Virus record (IMG/VR): IMGVR_UViG_3300029868_000036
Location: 1-47,494 of that record
Length of the DNA stretch: 47,494 nt
Direction: 5' to 3' (one strand)
Source of the DNA: a virus
A program made the position numbers and the translations under genes. A model generated the notes under the pieces. It worked only from the letters and a program-made list of their open reading frames with translations, ran no database searches and had not been told where the DNA came from. How positions within the stretch are numbered: position 1 is the first letter of the stretch; each line of letters starts with the position of its first letter. Positions 1 to 7,887 of the stretch are shown one piece after another.

Positions 1-305
1 CAAAAGAGACTCAACTCACAGCATTTAAAGATGCAAAAGTAGTCGACCTTGACACATACACAACAACAAAAGAGACTCAACTCACAGCATTTAAAGATGC
101 AAAAGTAGTGGACCTAGAAGCCTATAAGGATTTGAAAAACATAGACTTAGAAGCTTACAAAGACTTAAAAATTTCAGATTTAGAAACATATAAAAATCTA
201 AAAATTGATGATATAAATAATCAAGTAAATACCATCTATAGTGATACTTTTAAAGTAGCTAGAAGATTTAAAATGCAGAGTTTCGGAATAGGTTTAAACC
301 TATAA
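1..305 (+). CDS. C-terminal part of a wrap-around tail-fibre-like repeat protein (same ORF as 46560..47494 across the circular junction)
   Basis: Bases 1-109 equal 47386-47494. The ORF open from ATG 46560 to the window end continues in phase (codons at 3,6,...) and stops at TAA 303-305. The listed 108..305 ORF is only its tail. It contains 11-residue repeats (DLEAYKDLKNI-like). Confidence 0.6.
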   Translation, partial: KETQLTAFKDAKVVDLDTYTTTKETQLTAFKDAKVVDLEAYKDLKNIDLEAYKDLKISDLETYKNLKIDDINNQVNTIYSDTFKVARRFKMQSFGIGLNL

Positions 306-359
306 GCAGATGACCAAAAACATGTCTTTAAACTGTTCAAAAAATATAAGGAGTTACAA

Positions 360-1880
360 ATGGGTTTAAAAAGTGCAAGAGATACACTTGTTCGAAAAAT
401 TGAAGAAGTTGCAGATACAAGTACAGACCTTGAACAGTTAAGCTATGCAGGTGCGAGCTTACAGAAGTTAGTTGATATCAATTTTGATATTTTACCAGAG
501 GACACAGCTTATAATATCGGTGTAGCTGGAACTATGGGCTTTGGTGTTGCTGCCATGAAAGATGAGTTAGTTCCCGCAGGATATGTAAAGCTTACAGGTC
601 ATGCAGATGTCGCACATCCAAACTATGGTCTTATTATGGACTTAAAAGGAAGTGTGCTTGAATACATTGCTCCATTTACATACAAGATGACAGGTAATGT
701 TATAAGCATTAGTCCTATTGCAGTAACAGGAAATGTAACGCCAAGAGCATTTATTGACTCACCAAATGGTTTTCTGCATTTTAAATACATGGCAGGAAAT
801 GAGGGTGGGAAGATGGTATCTAAACAAAATTTAGATCCACTATCTACAAACTCTGCTCACAATCCTATTAGTGCTTTAGTATCAGCACCAGCAAATAACT
901 ATGCAGGATTTATAGATGCTTGTAGAGCTGATGGGTATAAGACACCTACTATTTTTGAATGGATTGCTCTGCAATTAATAGCTTTAGCTCAAAGCCAAAG
1001 TGGTGCATCGACTGCTTTGTGTGCATATAATGATGTCTTACCATACTTCCCAAAAGGAAATCTTGCTAATGCACTCAGTGATGTAAATGATACAAGTGTT
1101 ACTTTTACAGCAAGTGGTTATTCCAATGCTTCTTTAACGGGAAGTGGTTCAAATTTCGCAAAAACTACACACAATGGTCAGGACTGCGGTATAGCAGATA
1201 TGACAGGTAATATGTGGAAGATTGTTACAGGACTTACCTACCTTGCAAAAACTGGTGCTAGTGTTGCAAGTGGTGGTACTGCAATAGCTATGGTTGGTCA
1301 TGGACTTGCTGTAAACGATGTTATCTACTTCGGTGGGACTCCAGCTAGTGGTTCTACATATAACACAGCAGCTTATACAGTTACAGCAGTCACCGATGCC
1401 GATAATTTTACAGTAGGTACAGCACTTGAGAGAGCTATTTCTGCTACTGATGGTGTTTATTCATCAAGATATTTTAGAATATTAAAAACATCTGTAAGAG
1501 CAGATAGTTTAACATCTGCTAACCTACTTGATAGTGCAAACTATGATTTACTAGATATGACAGGGGTTATAGATAGCAATAGCGGAACAGTATATTTTGG
1601 AAGTGGGACAAATACAGTTTTAAACTTTTCTACTGATACAAACTCCAAAGAGTACAAGATGGCTAGTTGTGGAATTCCTACGGCTCTTGGTGTAGATGCT
1701 ACAGGTACAACAGAGTTTGGTAATGATTATATTTATAAATATATGAGACATGGTCTCGTGCCGATTGTCGGTGGGGCTTGGGCTGATTCTTCTAGGTCTG
1801 GGGTTTTCGCCCTCAGTTTGCTTTACTATTCTTCGATCTCGGGCACGGCTGTTGGTGGTTTCGCCTCTGTTTCTCTGTAA
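360..1880 (+). CDS. DGR target protein: tail fibre / receptor-binding protein with C-terminal variable (C-type-lectin-fold-like) region
   Basis: 506-aa ORF in the tail-fibre module. The last ~40 codons (VPIVGGAWADSSRSGVFALSLLYYSSISGTAVGGFASV) are the VR copy of the Asn-rich TR downstream. An RBS-like aaggag lies at 349-354. Confidence 0.85.
   Translation: MGLKSARDTLVRKIEEVADTSTDLEQLSYAGASLQKLVDINFDILPEDTAYNIGVAGTMGFGVAAMKDELVPAGYVKLTGHADVAHPNYGLIMDLKGSVLEYIAPFTYKMTGNVISISPIAVTGNVTPRAFIDSPNGFLHFKYMAGNEGGKMVSKQNLDPLSTNSAHNPISALVSAPANNYAGFIDACRADGYKTPTIFEWIALQLIALAQSQSGASTALCAYNDVLPYFPKGNLANALSDVNDTSVTFTASGYSNASLTGSGSNFAKTTHNGQDCGIADMTGNMWKIVTGLTYLAKTGASVASGGTAIAMVGHGLAVNDVIYFGGTPASGSTYNTAAYTVTAVTDADNFTVGTALERAISATDGVYSSRYFRILKTSVRADSLTSANLLDSANYDLLDMTGVIDSNSGTVYFGSGTNTVLNFSTDTNSKEYKMASCGIPTALGVDATGTTEFGNDYIYKYMRHGLVPIVGGAWADSSRSGVFALSLLYYSSISGTAVGGFASVSL
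1753..1871 (+). repeat. DGR variable repeat (VR)
   Basis: Ungapped 119-bp alignment to 2334-2452 gives 100/119 identical. Of the 19 mismatches, 17 fall where the TR has A. All 10 AAY (Asn) codons of the TR are changed in the VR. Confidence 0.9.
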
Positions 1881-1896
1881 TAGAGAGCGGTAGCGA

Positions 1897-2298
1897 ATGG
1901 TAAAGGCTTGTAAAGGAGAGGTTGTTTTGAACCGTAAGTTTGTGGAGATGATGAAGTTACTCAATATGTATCTTAATCATTTCCCTCGGTATGAGAAGTA
2001 TGCTTTATCTAATGGGATTAGAAATACTGCATATCGCGTTTACGATTTAATTACTGAGTGTCAAAAGAGGTATCACAAAAAGACCTCTTTAACGATGCTT
2101 GATATTGAGCATGAAAAACTTAGAATGCAGATAAATCTTGCTTATGAGCTTGAATATTTTGCTTTTAAGAATGGTGCTAAAAACATAAAAGTAGCTAAAC
2201 CTGAACATAGATACCTTGCTATATCGAGACTTATAGACGAAATAGGTAAGATTATTGGTGCTTGGATAAACAAGCTAAAAGAACTAAAAGAGTTTTAA
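1897..2298 (+). CDS. avd: Accessory variability determinant (Avd-like four-helix-bundle protein)
   Basis: 133-aa basic helical protein lying between VR and TR. It has the N-terminal FPRYEKYALSNGIRNTA motif typical of Avd / 23S-rRNA-IVS family proteins. The true start could be the internal MMKLL (about 1948). Confidence 0.75.
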   Translation: MVKACKGEVVLNRKFVEMMKLLNMYLNHFPRYEKYALSNGIRNTAYRVYDLITECQKRYHKKTSLTMLDIEHEKLRMQINLAYELEYFAFKNGAKNIKVAKPEHRYLAISRLIDEIGKIIGAWINKLKELKEF

Positions 2299-2333
2299 AT
2301 AACTCAATGGGCTATCACATTAACATGCTTTGT

Positions 2334-2452
2334 GTCTCGTGCCGATTGTCGGTGGGAATTGGAATAATTCTTCTAATGCTGGGGTTTTCGCCCTCAATTT
2401 GAATAACTATTCTTCGAACTCGAACACGAATGTTGGTGGTTTCGACTCTATT
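2334..2452 (+). repeat. DGR template repeat (TR), non-coding
   Basis: Adenine-rich copy of the VR with 10 AAT/AAC codons in the VR frame. It lies 36 nt after the avd stop and 89 nt before the RT start. The listed ORF 2330..2554 over it is spurious. Confidence 0.9.
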
Positions 2453-2541
2453 GTAATCCTAAAATGTCAAAAACAAGATTGGAAAAGAGGGATGTGGAGT
2501 CCAGCTAAAAGCGAAATTTTAAAGAGGGGATTTATTAAAGT

Positions 2542-3591
2542 ATGGCAAGTATGAAAGAAAAATATGGCTTAGAAATTCTAAGAACCTCGAAACGATATGG
2601 CAACTTGTATGAACTTGCTTTTACTCAAGATAACCTTTTTGTAGCATATTTAGAAGCTAGAAAAGGCAAGAGAAAAAAAGTAGGAACATATCTATTTGAA
2701 AAAAATTTAAGTCTTAACTTGGATGCACTATTTGAAGAGTTAAAAACACAAACATATACCACAAAACCATATAGAGAGTTTGAGGTGTATGAACCAAAGA
2801 GAAGAGTTATTTTAGCACCTCATTTTAGAGACCTTGTTGTGCAACATGCTATTTATAGAGTCATCTATAATATTTTTAATAGTACGTTTATAGACACAAG
2901 CTTCGCTTGTAGAAAAAATGGTGGGACACATAAGGCTAGTGCTTATACACAAAAAGAGATGTGTAAGTATGATGGAGATAAATATACATTAAAGCTTGAC
3001 ATTAAGAAGTTTTTTTACTCTATTGATAGAACTATATTAAGAGGACTATTTGAAAAAAGGATAAAAGACAAGAAGTTTATAGACTTGATGATGGTTTTTG
3101 CTGATGCAAATGGATCAAGTGTCGGCATTCCTATTGGCAACCTTTTGAGTCAGTTGTACTCTCTAGTCTATATGAATGAGGTAGACAACTTCATAAAGAG
3201 AGTTTTGAAGATAAAGAGTTATGTTAGATATGTAGATGACTTTGTACTGGTAGGGCTAACTTTAGATGAAGCAAAAATAGCACAAAAACAGTGTGAAGAG
3301 TTTGTTGATAAAAAGCTAAAAATGCAACTAAGTCACTGGCATATACTAAAGATAAAAAGAGGCTTGAACTTTGTGGGGTATCGTACATGGAGAAGTGTAA
3401 AATTTGTTCGAAAACATACATTGTACAAGTTTAGAAAATCAGTTATAGATAAAAATATTAGTTCGATAGTATCTATTATCGGTCATGCAAAAGGCACAAA
3501 TACTCTTAGCTACTTTAGAAAAATAGTTTTAAGATATATGCCTGATTTTATTTTAATACCAAAGAGGAGTTTGTTATGTTTAAGTATGTAA
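2542..3591 (+). CDS. DGR-type reverse transcriptase
   Basis: 349 aa. The catalytic YVDD is at 3229-3240. IGNLLSQ (3133-3153) matches the (I/L)GxxxSQ signature that distinguishes DGR RTs from group II intron and retron RTs. The gene is immediately downstream of the TR. Confidence 0.9.
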   Translation: MASMKEKYGLEILRTSKRYGNLYELAFTQDNLFVAYLEARKGKRKKVGTYLFEKNLSLNLDALFEELKTQTYTTKPYREFEVYEPKRRVILAPHFRDLVVQHAIYRVIYNIFNSTFIDTSFACRKNGGTHKASAYTQKEMCKYDGDKYTLKLDIKKFFYSIDRTILRGLFEKRIKDKKFIDLMMVFADANGSSVGIPIGNLLSQLYSLVYMNEVDNFIKRVLKIKSYVRYVDDFVLVGLTLDEAKIAQKQCEEFVDKKLKMQLSHWHILKIKRGLNFVGYRTWRSVKFVRKHTLYKFRKSVIDKNISSIVSIIGHAKGTNTLSYFRKIVLRYMPDFILIPKRSLLCLSM

Positions 3592-3977
3592 AGTTTACAA
3601 AAGTTGAGGCTGAGTTTTCAGTTTTAGAGTTCAAGGGTGGTGTTGTGAGTGTTACAGTTAATGTTTTTGATACAGGTGTTGTTAGTTTAGAGTCTACGGT
3701 TGAGGCTGATATTGATGCACTTATAGCACAACAGCCAACAGAGATAAGTGCAACCGTAATTTTAAAAGATGAGTTTAAAGCACTAGTTACTAACTCTGCA
3801 CAGCTTAAGCGTATCCGTGAAGTTGTAAAAACAGAAATAGCAAAAAAGTATGATGTTGCTGATGAAGTTGCACAGAGTAAGAGAGATCCAGCAGATGCTA
3901 AAAGAGTTGCTTATGAGGCTTATGTACAAGAGTGTTTATCTTTAGGATTTGGTCTCAAAGCTGAAATAGGGTACTAA
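3576..3977 (+). CDS. Hypothetical acidic protein, start overlaps the RT stop by 16 nt
   Basis: 133-aa ORF with aggag RBS at 3564-3568, co-oriented with its neighbours. No recognisable motif. Confidence 0.5.
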   Translation: MFKYVKFTKVEAEFSVLEFKGGVVSVTVNVFDTGVVSLESTVEADIDALIAQQPTEISATVILKDEFKALVTNSAQLKRIREVVKTEIAKKYDVADEVAQSKRDPADAKRVAYEAYVQECLSLGFGLKAEIGY

Positions 3978-3978
3978 G

Positions 3979-4242
3979 ATGAGCAAAGTACTCAAGTGGA
4001 TGCTGATGCCACAAGATAAAGCAAATCATGCTTTTTACGGTTTGCTGACATATATTGTAGTAGGTATGGTTAATCCACACTTAGCGATATGTGTAGTGTT
4101 TGTTCAATCACTAGGTAAAGAAGTTTATGACTATTATAATCCTAAAACGAACACAGCAGACTTTATGGATTTTGTTTATACATTTGCACCTTCTATGGTT
4201 TTATACGCTTTAGAGTATGGAATCATAGTTACTAAGGTTTAG
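3979..4242 (+). CDS. Small membrane protein (holin candidate)
   Basis: 87 aa with 2-3 hydrophobic segments (YGLLTYIVVGMV, AICVVFVQSLG, FAPSMVLYALEYGIIV). It lies upstream of the endolysin. Confidence 0.45.
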   Translation: MSKVLKWMLMPQDKANHAFYGLLTYIVVGMVNPHLAICVVFVQSLGKEVYDYYNPKTNTADFMDFVYTFAPSMVLYALEYGIIVTKV

Positions 4243-4244
4243 AG

Positions 4245-4673
4245 ATGTTTGATTTAATAAAAGGTATATTTAGTGTCAAAAGTATAGATAGCGTTGTAGA
4301 TGCTGTTATAGCTACGGGTGATAAACTTGTATATACCAATGAAGAAAAAGCAGAGATGAAGCAAAAGGTCGGAGAACTACATATAAAAATGCTTGGTGCT
4401 TACGAACCTTTTAAAATAGCTCAAAGGTTCATTACATTTAGTTTTATGTTTTTGTACTCTTTAGCTTTTTTAATAGGTCTTGTGATAGTAGTATTTAATT
4501 CTATACATAAGTATATAGAACTAAGCAATGGTGTAGAAGTGAAAAATATAATTGAAATATCTTTAGAACCGTTGTTTAATCTTGTACTTACTTTTAATGT
4601 AGGCATAATCATAGGAACGATAGTAGTTTTTTATTTTGGTGGTGGAACTATAAACTCGATTAGAGGAAAGTGA
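4245..4673 (+). CDS. Membrane protein (holin/lysis-associated candidate)
   Basis: 142 aa with two long hydrophobic segments (FITFSFMFLYSLAFLIGLVIVVF, LVLTFNVGIIIGTIVVFYFGG). Confidence 0.45.
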   Translation: MFDLIKGIFSVKSIDSVVDAVIATGDKLVYTNEEKAEMKQKVGELHIKMLGAYEPFKIAQRFITFSFMFLYSLAFLIGLVIVVFNSIHKYIELSNGVEVKNIIEISLEPLFNLVLTFNVGIIIGTIVVFYFGGGTINSIRGK

Positions 4674-4713
4674 TATGAAAGTCATATTAGTTAGTAAGTA
4701 CAAGGAGAGCTAA

Positions 4714-5133
4714 ATGTTAGAGAGTTGGATGATAAGTGCGGGAAGTGGACTGTTAGCTGTTGCTTTTGGTTATGGAATAGTTAGGAATAGACTAGACTCA
4801 CTAGAAAAAGGTGCAAAGTCACACTTAGAGACTGACACTGTTTATCATCATGATATGGACAGGAAGTTGGATGCTCAGTTTAGAAGAATAGATGACTGCC
4901 ATGATAGAGCTACAAGACTCGAATCAAAATTTGGAACTCTTCTTGATGAAAAAACAGCAGATAGTAAATTTGTTTCAAAACATGAACTTGCTCTACACTT
5001 AAAAAATATAGACAGCGAACTGGCACACATGACTAAAAATAGCGATGTGATGCTGGGAAAGCTAGAAGAGCTGACAAAAGCATTTTCTACTTACATGTTA
5101 AGAGAACTAAACGATAACAAGGATAAAGAATGA
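4714..5133 (+). CDS. N-terminally membrane-anchored coiled-coil protein (lysis accessory / spanin-like candidate)
   Basis: 139 aa with an N-terminal TM segment (ISAGSGLLAVAFGYGIV) and a helical remainder. Its stop overlaps the endolysin start (ATGA). Confidence 0.4.
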   Translation: MLESWMISAGSGLLAVAFGYGIVRNRLDSLEKGAKSHLETDTVYHHDMDRKLDAQFRRIDDCHDRATRLESKFGTLLDEKTADSKFVSKHELALHLKNIDSELAHMTKNSDVMLGKLEELTKAFSTYMLRELNDNKDKE

Positions 5134-5528
5134 AAGAGTTAATAGAAAACGTTAAAGAGTCTGAGGGGTTTCGTGGGATGCCTTATGCTGATACACTAGG
5201 TTTTGCAACTATAGGTTATGGAACAAAACTACCACTAAGTAAAGAAGAGTCACAAGTAATCTTAGAGATGAGACTAAAAGAGAAAATCAAAGAGCTTGAG
5301 AAAAAAGAGCCTTTTGTTAATAAACTTACATTAAATGCACAAAGTGTAATTTCAGAAATGAGTTATCAGATGGGTGTTAATGGTGTACTTAAATTTAAGA
5401 AAATGTGGAAGCATTTAAAGAATTTTGATTATGTAAGTGCAAGTGAAGAGATGCTCGATAGTAAATGGGCGATACAGACTCCAAATAGAGCTAAAAAATT
5501 ATCTAACCTGATGAAGAGAAGTATATAA
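5130..5528 (+). CDS. Endolysin, T4-lysozyme-like (GH24) muramidase
   Basis: The motif ESEGFRGMPYADTLGFATIGYGT has the E-x8-D-x5-T catalytic spacing of T4 lysozyme. Confidence 0.85.
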   Translation: MKELIENVKESEGFRGMPYADTLGFATIGYGTKLPLSKEESQVILEMRLKEKIKELEKKEPFVNKLTLNAQSVISEMSYQMGVNGVLKFKKMWKHLKNFDYVSASEEMLDSKWAIQTPNRAKKLSNLMKRSI

Positions 5529-5534
5529 AATATT

Positions 5535-5756
5535 ATGAACAATAACATAGCAGCATCTTCTCTCGTTAAGATACGTGAACTGCAAGGTCTTATAGATATT
5601 CTTAATAATACTACTATCGGAACTATAACACTAGATATATCAGATATTCAAGCGAGATTAACTTCTATAGAATCAGACATCATAAACTTACAAAACAATA
5701 AAACAAGTTTAAAACAAGTCAAGCAATACATAAGGCTCAAAGAGTCTTTAATATAA
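5535..5756 (+). CDS. Hypothetical small coiled-coil protein
   Basis: 73-aa ORF co-oriented in the structural/lysis block. Confidence 0.4.
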   Translation: MNNNIAASSLVKIRELQGLIDILNNTTIGTITLDISDIQARLTSIESDIINLQNNKTSLKQVKQYIRLKESLI

Positions 5757-5765
5757 GGAAAAAAC

Positions 5766-6647
5766 ATGGCAATAGATACAACTGAACTTAAAAGTTTATA
5801 TGATGAATTTTTAACAAAAGGGATGAGTGAACTTAAAAAGTTACAAGAAGCTACTCAAATGGAGGATGAGAGTTTAGCAACTGCTGCATCAAACATAATC
5901 ATAGGAGCAATGAGCCAGAGTACTCAATCACTCCAAGTCATAAAAGGTTTTTTACTTTTAGATAAGCAGATAGTTACAGAGGCAAACAAAGCACTAGACA
6001 TAGCAAGTGCTACAGCCGTAAGGGATGCACAATCAACTCAGGACCTACTTAACAAAGCGAGTGAGAGAATTAGAATAGACAAAAGTGCTACACTCGTTGG
6101 AAGACAAGCCGATAGTGAAACAAACAAAGCACTAGACATAGCAAGTGCAACAGCTGCTAGAGATGCACAATTAGCAAAAGATTTACTTATTAAAGATGAA
6201 CAGTACATAGCTGCTAAACTCACTACAGGAAATACATACTTTGACTATACATATTATGTAAGTACTGATCAAGAAGTTATAGATGGACTTGCTTCGGTTG
6301 GAGATGTAAAAACGAAAACACTTGCTACTACTGGTGTTGCAAAGTCTACTCAAGAACTTACACAAGAGAAGTTAAATGCAGATGTAAATTTCGTAAAAGA
6401 GCAAGAAAAGCAGTTAGGATACTCAGTAATATATAACAACAGAATAAAAGCGATGCAAGACTATAGTGATACATTAGGGAACTTAGGCGTTGGTGGTTTT
6501 GTCATTACTACAGATATGTGGAAGATATATAAAAATATGCTTGAAAAAATTTATATAAATTCAGGTTCTTCTCCTGTGGATTATAGTCCTGTACTTAATG
6601 CAGATGGTACTGAGATAGCTTTAGCTGAGACTGTAAAGGCAACATAA
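5766..6647 (+). CDS. Hypothetical structural protein with internal 46-aa duplication
   Basis: 293 aa. NKALDIASATA(V/A)RDAQ occurs twice (nt 5983 and 6121, offset 138 bp). Confidence 0.5.
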   Translation: MAIDTTELKSLYDEFLTKGMSELKKLQEATQMEDESLATAASNIIIGAMSQSTQSLQVIKGFLLLDKQIVTEANKALDIASATAVRDAQSTQDLLNKASERIRIDKSATLVGRQADSETNKALDIASATAARDAQLAKDLLIKDEQYIAAKLTTGNTYFDYTYYVSTDQEVIDGLASVGDVKTKTLATTGVAKSTQELTQEKLNADVNFVKEQEKQLGYSVIYNNRIKAMQDYSDTLGNLGVGGFVITTDMWKIYKNMLEKIYINSGSSPVDYSPVLNADGTEIALAETVKAT

Positions 6648-7799
6648 ATGTCTTCTGTAGTATATGATGGAACTGGTGGTGGAACAACTGGTGGTGGAAC
6701 AACTGGTGGAAGTGCAGGACAAACTGGAGACTTTAGTAATCTTAATGTTGATTCTAATAAGTTTAAGTACTTAAGTTCTGAAGATATTAAAAACAATAGT
6801 ATACAAAAAAGGTTATCAACTTTTACAAATACCGTAGCACCAATAACAGTTACTCTACCTGATGAGACTTATATTGGTAATGCTGAGGATATAATAAAAG
6901 CATATGGAACGAATCTCAATAATGTTGAAAATCCTTTTAAGCCATATATAACAGGATATACAGAATCCATAAGAACTGCTACTACTAATGATGGGTATGA
7001 GTTTACATATACAAAATATACTCCAACTTATGAGTACTCTGATGCTTACTATCAATTTGAAAAAGCTTTACAAGATGCTAAAGAAGAGATAAGTAAAAAT
7101 GATAACAAATCTAAGAGTGAAGATGATAAAAAAACTAAAACAGAGTCTGACTACTGGGAATTAGAGTTTGAGTTTATATTATCTTCTGCTCCTGATGAAC
7201 TACCACTCTATGGGCTACAAAGAAACTATGAGCTTATACCTAGTGCTTCTGTAGTTAGTAGTAGTATTGATGGGAGCATATATGACTGGTTTGCTGGTGG
7301 TGTAAACTATGATGCCCCTCGTGCTGGTGGCACTTTGTTTAATGAGACTGGAGACTTAAATACAGTAAGATTTTTAGGACTACAAGACAAAAATTACAAT
7401 AAAATACTACAAAATAGACTCACATCTCCAGCAGAACTTTACAGAATGTTAAATATTACAGCAGGGAACCGTGCCCAAAGTGAAGATAGCATCTTTGCAA
7501 AACTAGCTCAATCTCAAAGGGCTAATGCCCCTGAAGGTGCTATAACAGTTGAGGAGTATGAAAGAGGAAAGGCTGGATTAAAGATTACTCCAACTTATAC
7601 GAAATCAGTAGACCAAGATGCACTAGACCTGTCTAATATAAGAGAAGGAGAAAATAATAATCTAGGTGATTTTTTCCTTGATGTTGTTGATGTGATAGGA
7701 GATGATGAGTTTACATTATCTGTAAAAGATGTAGCAGACAATGCTGGAAGTTCAATATCAGACGGATTGAAAGGAATTGGTAACTTTTTAGGATTTTAA
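6648..7799 (+). CDS. Hypothetical structural (tail-associated?) protein with Gly-rich N-terminus
   Basis: 383 aa. The ATG overlaps the upstream stop (TAAATG). A 15-bp tandem repeat at 6671-6711 encodes TGGGT units. Confidence 0.5.
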   Translation: MSSVVYDGTGGGTTGGGTTGGSAGQTGDFSNLNVDSNKFKYLSSEDIKNNSIQKRLSTFTNTVAPITVTLPDETYIGNAEDIIKAYGTNLNNVENPFKPYITGYTESIRTATTNDGYEFTYTKYTPTYEYSDAYYQFEKALQDAKEEISKNDNKSKSEDDKKTKTESDYWELEFEFILSSAPDELPLYGLQRNYELIPSASVVSSSIDGSIYDWFAGGVNYDAPRAGGTLFNETGDLNTVRFLGLQDKNYNKILQNRLTSPAELYRMLNITAGNRAQSEDSIFAKLAQSQRANAPEGAITVEEYERGKAGLKITPTYTKSVDQDALDLSNIREGENNNLGDFFLDVVDVIGDDEFTLSVKDVADNAGSSISDGLKGIGNFLGF

Positions 7800-7800
7800 A

Positions 7801-7833
7801 AATTTAAAACTATCAAATATATACCCCACTTAA
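7801..7833 (+). promoter_or_regulatory. Conserved intergenic motif copy 1 (AATTTAAAACTATCAAATATATACCCCACTTAA), putative promoter/activator site
   Basis: 33 bp identical to 45949-45981. The core ACCCCACTTAA also occurs at 14702 and, inverted, at 35621. A TATAAA box lies 29 nt downstream and the start codon 55 nt downstream. Confidence 0.5.
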
Positions 7834-7887
7834 TCTTTTTTTTATTACTACAATACTCCTATATAAATTATATTTAAAGGACACGAG

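Larger units (their letters stand above)
360..3591 (+). other. Diversity-generating retroelement (DGR) cassette: target gene with VR, avd, TR, reverse transcriptase
   Basis: Gene order target-avd-TR-RT matches the Bordetella phage BPP-1 arrangement. The VR/TR pair has adenine-specific mismatches. The RT carries YVDD and IGNLLSQ motifs. Confidence 0.88.

Noticed and set aside
108-305. Listed 65-aa ORF treated as an independent gene
   Set aside because: Its GTG 'start' is an internal codon. The frame is open back to position 3 and is continuous with the ORF that runs off the window end (46560..47494) once the 109-bp terminal overlap is taken into account.
1620-1964. 114-aa ORF on the - strand overlapping the VR and the avd start
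   Set aside because: It is antisense to two well-supported genes, has an Arg/Ser/Thr-rich low-complexity translation, and has no RBS. It is a typical shadow ORF.
2330-2554. Listed 74-aa ORF (MCLVPIVGGNWNNSSNAGVFALNLNNYSSNSNTNVGGF...)
   Set aside because: It is simply the DGR template repeat read in the VR frame. It has no RBS and lies in the avd-RT spacer, and its Asn-rich stretch is the adenine-rich template. The TR acts as RNA, not as a protein-coding sequence.
6581-6796. 71-aa - strand ORF with a PPVVPPPVVPPPVP stretch
   Set aside because: It is the reverse-complement reading of the Gly-rich GGTGGTGGAACAACT repeats at the start of 6648..7799, and it overlaps two co-oriented + strand genes.
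7824-7850. CCCCACTTAATCTTTTTTTTT read as an intrinsic terminator U-tract (also at 14703)
   Set aside because: No G/C-rich stem can be formed by the preceding sequence. Copies 3 and 4 of the motif also lack the T-run. The fixed spacing to downstream start codons fits a promoter or regulatory role better.
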